Part shown: positions 1 to 7,921 of the stretch, one piece after another
How positions within the stretch are numbered: position 1 is the stretch's first letter
Layout of the letters: every line of letters begins with the position of its first letter
Source: Akkermansiaceae bacterium
Lineage (GTDB): Bacteria > Verrucomicrobiota > Verrucomicrobiia > Verrucomicrobiales > Akkermansiaceae
Assembly: GCA_051251915.1 (NCBI GenBank)
Contig: JBPOGF010000001.1
Location: 320,001 to 384,000 of the forward strand
DNA: 64,000 nt
Direction of reading: 5' to 3'
Made by a program: the position numbers and the translations under genes
Notes under the pieces: generated by a model
What the model saw: only the letters and a program-made list of their open reading frames with translations
What the model was told of the DNA's origin: nothing
The model's database searches: none

Positions 1-534
1 TTTAAAGTAGAAGATAATGAAATTACTTTCAGAAAGGGGATATTTGAGGAATACAAGAAGACCAAAGAACGACAATCGTATCATGAGTATTTTAAGCCTA
101 TCGCGGAAGATAATTATTCGATGCAATTTACTGCTGAGGGCTTTAAAAAACTAGGTGTTTTACAGATGTTACTGGGGGCAAATCATCTTGGCACGGGCAC
201 AAACGGAACACTTGTATGGGATGAACCAGAGTCAAATCTGAACCCTCAGCTTATGGAGTGTCTAGTGCAGGCTCTGTTAGATCTCGCAGCTACTGGACAG
301 CAAATCATTCTTGCCACACATGACTACGTTTTACTTAAATGGTTCGACCTACTAGCCGATTCTAAGAAAGATCAACATATTCGCTACCACGTATTACACA
401 GAGATGAAGAGACGAACCAAATAGGTATTAAAAGTTCAGATAATTATTTAAATCTCGAACCTAACTCTATTTCGAAAACGTTTAATGAAATCACCATGGC
501 ACAATTAGAAAAAAGCATGGGAGGTTCTGAATGA
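1..534 (+). CDS. AAA/ABC-type ATPase (AAA_15/AAA_21-like), C-terminal part; 5' end lies outside the window
   Basis: Frame 1 is open from base 1 (FKVEDNEITF...). Contains a degenerate signature (TAEGFKK), Walker B LVWDEPE-NLNP and H-loop ILATHD. Confidence 0.8.
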   Translation, partial: FKVEDNEITFRKGIFEEYKKTKERQSYHEYFKPIAEDNYSMQFTAEGFKKLGVLQMLLGANHLGTGTNGTLVWDEPESNLNPQLMECLVQALLDLAATGQQIILATHDYVLLKWFDLLADSKKDQHIRYHVLHRDEETNQIGIKSSDNYLNLEPNSISKTFNEITMAQLEKSMGGSE

Positions 535-1061
535 GTGATAGAATACTGGTAGAGGACGATATTGAAATAGATTTTTCTACGTCTCTAGACGCTTTCGTCT
601 TTGATGATATGGAAAAAAGTTCGCCAGGTTATCATGAAGTAGGTCAATTATGTCGTGTTGATTTTATCGTGGAGGAGGAATCGCGTATCTACTTCATAGA
701 GCTAAAGGACCCAGAACACCCTCGTTCAACGCCAAGATCTAGGACTAAATTTCAGAATAAGCTCGGTCATTCAGACTTCCACCAATCCTTTGTAGCTAAA
801 TATATGGAAACGTTCATGTATCGTTGGTGCGAATCTAAAGCTGATAAAGAAATACATTTTGTTATACTTATTAATATCGAGGGTGGTTTATTACCTAACT
901 TAAGAGATCAAATAGATAGGAAATTACCATTCCACAGCTTACGATGTACCAGATGGATTAGGAAAATGGTGGCAAGCTGTAACGTACTTAATCTAGAGCA
1001 ATGGAATGCTTCTTCTTTAGGTAAGAAGTGGCCAGCTAAACGAATATCTACAGCATCATAA
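531..1061 (+). CDS. Putative PD-(D/E)xK nuclease-fold protein, translationally coupled to the ATPase
   Basis: ATGA overlap with the upstream ORF; motif RVDFIVEE...YFIELKD fits D...ExK. Confidence 0.55.
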   Translation: MSDRILVEDDIEIDFSTSLDAFVFDDMEKSSPGYHEVGQLCRVDFIVEEESRIYFIELKDPEHPRSTPRSRTKFQNKLGHSDFHQSFVAKYMETFMYRWCESKADKEIHFVILINIEGGLLPNLRDQIDRKLPFHSLRCTRWIRKMVASCNVLNLEQWNASSLGKKWPAKRISTAS

Positions 1062-1083
1062 TATTTTCACAAATTTTTATACC

Positions 1084-4000
1084 ATGGCAATTAACACAAC
1101 TAAACTCAAGAAGTTTGCTCAATACGCTAGATTAGAGCTGATCAAGCAGGTCTCCACTAAGCTCTCTAATGCGCTCGCTATAGATAGTTCTGCACGTAGA
1201 GAGCATCCTAAAGCAGTTAAGGCAATAGAAAGCGAGCTTGATGAACTAGGTAATAAGGAAAACCTCATAGAGCAAGTCGCCTACACTTGGTTTAATCGCT
1301 TCTGTGCTTTACGCTTTATGGATGTGAATGGCTATGCGGCTGGGGGGATTCAGGTGCTCTCGCCGGTGCTGGGTGAGTTTCAGCCAGAGATTCTTAGTGA
1401 GGCTAAGTCTGGGAATCTGAGTGCTATCGATAGCTCAGAGATTCAGCAAAAGGTCGCTGGCTTGCTGGCTGGGAGTATCAAGAGTCACGATGCCCAGGGC
1501 GAGGCCTACCGGCTCATCGTTACGGCGGTTTGTAATGCCTGGCACGCGGAGATGCCTTACCTGTTTGAGAAGATTGCCGACTACACTGAGCTTCTCATGC
1601 CGGATGATCTGCTGTCTGGGAACTCTATCATCTCCTACATCCGTGAAGCGATGACTCCGGCGGACTGCGAAGACGTAGAGGTGATTGGCTGGCTGTATCA
1701 GTTTTATATCTCGGAGAAGAAGGATGATGTCTTTGCGCAGCTGAAGAAGAATAAAAAGATCACCCCAGAGAATATCCCGGCGGCGACTCAGCTCTTCACC
1801 CCGCACTGGATCGTCCGCTATCTGGTGGAGAACTCCCTCGGGCGGCTCTGGATGCTGAATCACCCAGATTCTAAACTGGTAGACGAAATGGACTACTACA
1901 TCGCTCCTGATGCTCCTGATGCTCCTGATGCTGCTCCTGATGCTGCTCCTGATGCTGCCGCTGATGCTGATGCTGATGCTGATGCTGATGCTGATGCTGG
2001 CCAGCCTGCTGGGGATGATTTCCTCAAAGTAAGTTCCCCAGAGGAGCTCAAGATCTGTGATCCTGCTTGTGGTTCTGGGCATATTCTTACCTATGCCTTT
2101 GATCTGCTCTACGCTATCTATGATGAAGCTGGCTATGCGGCTACTGAGATCCCAGCGCTGATCCTCACGCACAATCTCTACGGCATAGAGATCGATGCCC
2201 GGGCGGGAGCGCTGGCGGCATTTGCCCTCAGCATGAAGGCGAGAGCCAAGCACCGTCGCTTCTTTAGAAATCCTATCCAGCCGAATATCTGTGTGTTGGA
2301 AAATGTCAGCTTTGAGGAGGGTGAGCTCGCTCCCTACATCGCAGACATTGGTGTGCAGCTCATCAGCACCCCACTGCGCACCACGCTGCACCAGTTTGCG
2401 GATACAGACAACTTTGGCTCGCTGATCCGCCCCGCACTGACAGACACCGCAGAGCTCACCGCCGCCCTGCAGGACAAGCACTTTGGCGACCTCCTGCTCA
2501 GCAGTGTCCACCAGAGAGTGCTCCGTGTGCTTCGGCAGGCAGACTACCTCAGCCCCAAGTATCACTGCGTCATCGCCAATCCTCCCTACATGGGCGGCAA
2601 AGGCATGAACCCGAAACTGGCGAAATGGCTTAAAGAGGAATACCCAGATGTGAAGTCAGATCTCTTTTCTGCATTTATAGTGCGTAACACTGAAATGACA
2701 CTGCCGAAAGGTCAGCTGGGCTTCATGACTCCCTTTGTCTGGATGTTCATCTCCTCTTACGAGAAATTACGTAGCTTCCTCATTAAGCAGAAAACGATTA
2801 CCTCGCTGGTGCAGCTGGAATACTCTGGTTTCGATGGAGCCACCGTGCCTATCTGCACCTTCACGCTGGAAAATAGTCATCAGCCGGAGTTTAAAGGTGG
2901 ATATGTCAAGCTCTCTGACTTCCGAGGCTCCGACCAACAAGGCCCACGCACCCTCGAAGCCATCCAAAACCCAAACTGCGGCTGGTTCCACCGAGCCTCC
3001 GCCGAGGATTTCCGAAAGATACCAGGAAGTCCAATTGCCTTCTGGCTTGGTGAGAACACATTTACTTTTCTGGATCGTTCGCAGCGATTGGGGGAGATAG
3101 CTGATGCCAGAATGGGCTTAGCTACAGGAAATAATAGTAGATATGTTCGCGTTTGGCACGAGGTATCAAGGAGTAACACTGGATTTGGTGCCGAAAATAG
3201 AGAATACGCATTAGCAAGTGGTACGCGATGGTTCCCTTATTCTAAAGGTGGGCAATTTCGTAAATGGTATGGGAATAACGAATTTCTGGTTGAATGGTTA
3301 AACGATGGGAGAGCGCTTCAAAATACCCTTCATCCCGACGGTCATCGAATCTGGGCGCATAACTTTAACCTTGATCACATTTTTGAGGACGGCATCACTT
3401 GGTCAGATATTACTTCAGGATTCCTTTCAGTTCGCTGGAACGAAAAGGGACATCTTTTTGATGGATCTGGAACAAGTGCCTTTTTTGAAAATCAAGAAGA
3501 TAAAATCTTGTCAATAACTCTCCTAAACACAAAATTCGCGCAACAATTTTCAAAAGCGTTGAACCCTACACTCCATTTTCAAACGGGAGATTTCAGAAAT
3601 TTTCCGTTTGCGAGACTGGAAAACATGGATTACATAGAACACTCCCATAGCGCCATATCTCTGGCTCGTGCCGACTGGGACGCCTACGAAACCTCCTGGG
3701 ATTTCACCATACTCCAGCTGCTCCAACCCGACCACCGCGCCGAGACGCTGAAGGACAGCTACGCCACTCTCCGCAGCCACTGGCAGTCCATGACGGAGCA
3801 GATGCAGCAGTTGGAGGAAGAGAACAACCGCATCTTTATCGATGCCTACGGCTTGCAAGATGAGCTGGAGCCAGATGTGCCGCTGCGCGAGATCACGCTG
3901 ACCTGTAATCCGCACTACCGCTACCGAGGCGACAACACCGCTGAGGAACTAGAAGCCAAGTTACTGACAGACACCGCTGCCGAGTTCCTCTCCTACGCAG

Positions 4001-4749
4001 TAGGCTGCATGATGGGCCGCTACAGTCTGGATGCCCCGGGCCTTATTTTAGCCAATGCTGGTGACACGCTGCAGGATTACCTAGAGAAACTTGGCAAATC
4101 TGAAGCCGAGATTAGCTTCATGCCAGATGATGACGGCATCATCCCTGTGCTGGATGGTGAATGGTTTGAGGATGACATCACCGAGCGGATGAAGAGCTTT
4201 CTGAAAGTAAGCTTCGGCACCGAGCACTATGAGGAAAACCTAGAGTGGCTAGAAAACGCGCTCTACCCAGCGAATCTGGAAGGCAAGAAGCGCAAATGCC
4301 TGCGAGACTACTTCCTGAAAGATTTCTACTCAGACCACGTTAAGACCTATAAGAAGCGCCCCATTTACTGGCTCTTCTCCAGCCCCAAGGGCAGTTTCAA
4401 TGCCCTAGTCTATCTCCACCGCTATACCAAAGACACCGCCAGCTTAGTGCTGAATGACTACCTCCGCGAGTTCAAGACCAAGCTCAGCGCCAAGCTAGAA
4501 AACCTAGAACAGCTAGACATCAGCGCAGACGCCACCAAGACCGAGAAAACCAAAGCCCTAAGAGATATCACCGACATCCAGAAAGTCCTCAAGGAACTAG
4601 ACGAATGGGAAGCCAGCGTCCTCTACCCACTAGCCCAACAACAAATCCCACTAGACCTAGATGACGGAGTCCTAGTGAACTATAATAAGCTCAAGACAGA
4701 TAAGGGCCTAGCCCTGAAAAAGATCACCGGACTTACGGGCAAGGTTTGA
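1084..4749 (+). CDS. pglX: BREX-1 adenine DNA methyltransferase PglX (BrxX)
   Basis: 1221 aa; YTWFNRF, IGWLYQFY, PAATQLFTPHWIV, motif I DPACGSGH, motif IV ANPPY, YKKRPIYW, DLDDGV; lies upstream of pglZ and brxL. Confidence 0.95.
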   Translation: MAINTTKLKKFAQYARLELIKQVSTKLSNALAIDSSARREHPKAVKAIESELDELGNKENLIEQVAYTWFNRFCALRFMDVNGYAAGGIQVLSPVLGEFQPEILSEAKSGNLSAIDSSEIQQKVAGLLAGSIKSHDAQGEAYRLIVTAVCNAWHAEMPYLFEKIADYTELLMPDDLLSGNSIISYIREAMTPADCEDVEVIGWLYQFYISEKKDDVFAQLKKNKKITPENIPAATQLFTPHWIVRYLVENSLGRLWMLNHPDSKLVDEMDYYIAPDAPDAPDAAPDAAPDAAADADADADADADAGQPAGDDFLKVSSPEELKICDPACGSGHILTYAFDLLYAIYDEAGYAATEIPALILTHNLYGIEIDARAGALAAFALSMKARAKHRRFFRNPIQPNICVLENVSFEEGELAPYIADIGVQLISTPLRTTLHQFADTDNFGSLIRPALTDTAELTAALQDKHFGDLLLSSVHQRVLRVLRQADYLSPKYHCVIANPPYMGGKGMNPKLAKWLKEEYPDVKSDLFSAFIVRNTEMTLPKGQLGFMTPFVWMFISSYEKLRSFLIKQKTITSLVQLEYSGFDGATVPICTFTLENSHQPEFKGGYVKLSDFRGSDQQGPRTLEAIQNPNCGWFHRASAEDFRKIPGSPIAFWLGENTFTFLDRSQRLGEIADARMGLATGNNSRYVRVWHEVSRSNTGFGAENREYALASGTRWFPYSKGGQFRKWYGNNEFLVEWLNDGRALQNTLHPDGHRIWAHNFNLDHIFEDGITWSDITSGFLSVRWNEKGHLFDGSGTSAFFENQEDKILSITLLNTKFAQQFSKALNPTLHFQTGDFRNFPFARLENMDYIEHSHSAISLARADWDAYETSWDFTILQLLQPDHRAETLKDSYATLRSHWQSMTEQMQQLEEENNRIFIDAYGLQDELEPDVPLREITLTCNPHYRYRGDNTAEELEAKLLTDTAAEFLSYAVGCMMGRYSLDAPGLILANAGDTLQDYLEKLGKSEAEISFMPDDDGIIPVLDGEWFEDDITERMKSFLKVSFGTEHYEENLEWLENALYPANLEGKKRKCLRDYFLKDFYSDHVKTYKKRPIYWLFSSPKGSFNALVYLHRYTKDTASLVLNDYLREFKTKLSAKLENLEQLDISADATKTEKTKALRDITDIQKVLKELDEWEASVLYPLAQQQIPLDLDDGVLVNYNKLKTDKGLALKKITGLTGKV
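1903..1998 (+). repeat. In-frame compound microsatellite (GCTCCTGAT units, then (GATGCT)6) inside pglX
   Basis: Read directly; encodes APDAPDAPDAAPDAAPDAAADADADADADADA. Confidence 0.95.
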
Positions 4750-4753
4750 GGAA

Positions 4754-4788
4754 GGATAAAGGTGAAAGGATAAAGTATTAAGGTGAAG
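4754..4788. repeat. Degenerate 7-bp-period tandem repeat after the pglX stop
   Basis: GGATAAA GGTGAAA GGATAAA GTATTAA GGTGAAG. Confidence 0.6.
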
Positions 4789-4856
4789 TGGGTGTGATTT
4801 ATGAGAATAGACTTTGTTCGTATAGAGTTTTGTATAAAATATCTAAGGTGAAGAAC

Positions 4857-5342
4857 ATGACAGACATAGTGGACAAAGATCAGGATAAAAGTGATAAAGA
4901 TCGCTTACTTTTCACGAAGCAAACGCTGGCTATGAATACGCAGCAGTTCGCTAGTGTTCTAGGTGTGTCTATGACGACGTTGTATGATTGGATAGACTGT
5001 AAAGCAATTATTTCACTAACGGAACGCAAAGCAATGGTTAGCTTAGAAGAGCTGGCGAAGCTATGGCAAAGACTTTCTAATCGAAGACTGCGGCAATCCA
5101 TCATGCAACAAGGGGGAACTCTGGATGAATTCTATGCTATTCTCAGTTCAAAAAGTGGGGAGAGATTTGATCATGCAGAAGCTTACCTCGTGGAGCTGGC
5201 CAGCAAGGTGAGGCCTATAAGGAAAATTAAGTTAGGTGAGCTGATCAGGAATGGTAAGTTGGAGGCATTACCAGATCACATACGACGTGCTGAGCAAGGG
5301 ACACGTATGCCATGTGTGAGTTTAAATCAGGCAATAAGATAA
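4857..5342 (+). CDS. XRE-type helix-turn-helix protein inserted between pglX and pglZ
   Basis: LAMNTQQFASVLGVSMTTLYDWI HTH pattern; ATG 4857, preceded by AAGGTG, is preferred over GTG 4788. Confidence 0.65.
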   Translation: MTDIVDKDQDKSDKDRLLFTKQTLAMNTQQFASVLGVSMTTLYDWIDCKAIISLTERKAMVSLEELAKLWQRLSNRRLRQSIMQQGGTLDEFYAILSSKSGERFDHAEAYLVELASKVRPIRKIKLGELIRNGKLEALPDHIRRAEQGTRMPCVSLNQAIR

Positions 5343-5396
5343 ATTTTACTAGCCCACTTCTTTCCTATTTCAGTTTCAACTTAATTATACAACACT

Positions 5397-7895
5397 ATGT
5401 CTGAACGCATCCATAACGCCCTGAGTAAGCTATTTGAAATGAATCGTATTGTGCTGTGGTATGATGTGAAGAGTGAGCTGCGGGGGGACTATGAATCGCT
5501 AGAGCTGGCTGGGGTAGAGAAGGTGGAGGTGCGGGATAATGAACTGAGTGTGAAGTATAGGACTCTGAGGCTGGAGAGGGATAAAAATTTCCTGCTGTAT
5601 CATGAGGGGCCGGCTCCGGAGGACTCACAGAACTGGCTGCTGGATATGCAGCTGGCGCATAGGCTATTCCAGGCTGACCAGGCATCGATCTGGCTGGAGG
5701 AGATAGGCCTGAGCACGGAGTTCTATGAGATCACTACGGAGCATAAAGATTTCTTCGGTGCTCAGTCACGGATAGATGCACTGAAAGAGCGGATAGAGCC
5801 GGAGGATACACTGAAGCAACTGCGGCTGAAGATGCTGGCAGTGTGTGCGAGGGTGAAGGTGGGGAACTCTGCTAAGATAGATACGGTGATAGAGGCCCTG
5901 CTGGACGACTTTGCAGCTGGTAAGGATGCCCGCTATAAACTGATAGAGCGCTCTGGGCTGGAGGGATTCCTGTGGGCGGAGGTATCGCGTCTGTATAGCT
6001 ATGTGTCTACAGAGATGACGCTGCTGGACTTTACCATCAAGCTGTTTCGTAATGCGTATGAGAAGCATGTGCGTGGAGATTCTATGCTGAATGATGAGGC
6101 GATAGCTCTGCTGAGTAGGTGGAAGAATAGTAGGCTACACGGGGCGAGCTTCGAGCAAGTGTCTGAGCGGATCTCTGAGCTACTAAACATGCGTGAGGAG
6201 GTGAGTCTGGCGGATTTGGAAGATTTCCAGAGTGTGGATTATTTTGAGGTGATAGAGAAGCGGGTGATCCAGCTGCTGATCCAGAAGGTGGTGGAGAAGA
6301 CGATCACGAGTGGACAGGTGACGAAGCTCATCCGTGAGCGTGGGCAGAGCCACTGGTATGATAAATATAGGAACCTATATGATGCGATAGAATACGCAGC
6401 ACTCTATGAACAACAACTGAGTGAAACGGATCTGGGAATAGATGACCTGCGTAGCGGAGTGGAGCTGTATGTGAGCCAGTGGTATAGGATAGATCAGCTC
6501 TACCGTAAGTTCACCCACGCGGTGCAGAAGTCTGGTCACCACGGAGCACTGCAACAGCTGACAGATTCTGTGGAGAGCAGCTATAATAATCAGTATCTGC
6601 TGGGACTGAATGATCGCTGGCAATTTCACATTAATAAGCTAGAGGAGTGGAAGATACCAGGGAGCAGGATGCAGCGGGATTTCTACCGTGAGTATGTGAA
6701 GAAATCTCCGGCTAAGGTCTGTGTGATTATTTCTGATGGACTACGGTATGAGATAGGTGAGGAGCTGGCTAGTGCTATGAAATCTACCAATCGCTATCTG
6801 GCAGAGCTAGAGCATGCGGTCTCTGCCCAGCCTAGCTACACCCAGCTAGGCATGGCGTCCCTGCTACCACATGAGCAGCTGAGCTTTTCTGATAAGGATA
6901 ATGGTCTCGTGCTGGCTGATGGTGAATCTACTACTGGCTTAGTGGCACGGGATAAGGTGCTGAAGCGTGAGGAGGCTAAGTCTTCTGCACTGAAGGCCAG
7001 CGATGTGCTGAAGTATGGCAGGGATGAGATCCGTAGCATGTGTGCAGATAATCAGGTGGTGTATATTTATCATAATACGATCGATTCTACGGCGGATAAG
7101 TCAGAGACTGAGGGTAAGGTCTTTGATGCGGCTGCAGTAGCGATTGAGGAGATTAACCATTTGATCACTAAGATAGGTGGTGAAAACTACATCGCAAAAT
7201 TCATCGTCACGGCGGATCATGGATTTATTTATCAGGACCGGAAGCTACAGGAGAGTGATTTCTCAACTGTGAGTCCTGAGGGTGATGCTCTACCGGTAAA
7301 GAAAAGCCGCTATGTGATAGGCAGTGGGCTACAGGAGAATAATAGCATGAAGAAGTGGACGGCTGGGCAACTGCATCTTCAAGGTGAGCAGGAGGTTCTC
7401 ATTCCGAACTCGATCAACCGCATCCGGGTGCAGGGCTCAGGTAGCCGGTATGTGCATGGAGGGGCAGCACTGCAGGAAATCATCATCCCAGTGGTGCACA
7501 TCACAAAGAAGCGGGTGGATGATACGGATAAAGTGGAAGTGAACATTTCTAGTAGTAGTAATGTGATCACTACGGCTCAGCATCCAGTGACTCTGCGGCA
7601 GGTGGAGCCGTGTAGTGAGAAGCTGCATGGCAGGGTGCTACGGATAGGCTTCTACGCTGAGGATGGGACACTGATCTCTAGTCAGCATACCTTGAAATTT
7701 GACCTCGTGTCTGAGGATCCACGCGAGCGGGATCAGAGGGTGACCCTGATACTGAGTGCGGATGCGGAGAAGTATAATAACCAGGTGATCACTCTGCTGG
7801 TGGAGGAAAAGGTGAAGAATAGTGAGCATTTCAGCAAATACCAATCTCTACCCTTTACCCACAGGAGACAAATTGGTGATATAGACATCTTCTAA
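5397..7895 (+). CDS. pglZ: BREX-1 PglZ (alkaline phosphatase superfamily)
   Basis: 832 aa; NRIVLWYD N-terminus, IISDGLRYE, PSYTQLGMASLLP, IVTADHGF, YVHGG. Confidence 0.95.
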   Translation: MSERIHNALSKLFEMNRIVLWYDVKSELRGDYESLELAGVEKVEVRDNELSVKYRTLRLERDKNFLLYHEGPAPEDSQNWLLDMQLAHRLFQADQASIWLEEIGLSTEFYEITTEHKDFFGAQSRIDALKERIEPEDTLKQLRLKMLAVCARVKVGNSAKIDTVIEALLDDFAAGKDARYKLIERSGLEGFLWAEVSRLYSYVSTEMTLLDFTIKLFRNAYEKHVRGDSMLNDEAIALLSRWKNSRLHGASFEQVSERISELLNMREEVSLADLEDFQSVDYFEVIEKRVIQLLIQKVVEKTITSGQVTKLIRERGQSHWYDKYRNLYDAIEYAALYEQQLSETDLGIDDLRSGVELYVSQWYRIDQLYRKFTHAVQKSGHHGALQQLTDSVESSYNNQYLLGLNDRWQFHINKLEEWKIPGSRMQRDFYREYVKKSPAKVCVIISDGLRYEIGEELASAMKSTNRYLAELEHAVSAQPSYTQLGMASLLPHEQLSFSDKDNGLVLADGESTTGLVARDKVLKREEAKSSALKASDVLKYGRDEIRSMCADNQVVYIYHNTIDSTADKSETEGKVFDAAAVAIEEINHLITKIGGENYIAKFIVTADHGFIYQDRKLQESDFSTVSPEGDALPVKKSRYVIGSGLQENNSMKKWTAGQLHLQGEQEVLIPNSINRIRVQGSGSRYVHGGAALQEIIIPVVHITKKRVDDTDKVEVNISSSSNVITTAQHPVTLRQVEPCSEKLHGRVLRIGFYAEDGTLISSQHTLKFDLVSEDPRERDQRVTLILSADAEKYNNQVITLLVEEKVKNSEHFSKYQSLPFTHRRQIGDIDIF

Positions 7896-7921
7896 TTACT
7901 TCTAAAAACATCATCATTAAC

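Noticed and set aside
1903..1998. ON/OFF phase variation of pglX by slippage
   Set aside because: All repeat units are multiples of 3, so copy-number change would not shift the frame.
1435..2565. 376-aa antisense ORF with SISISI/SSIR repeats
   Set aside because: Shadow of pglX; the repeats are the reverse complement of the microsatellite.
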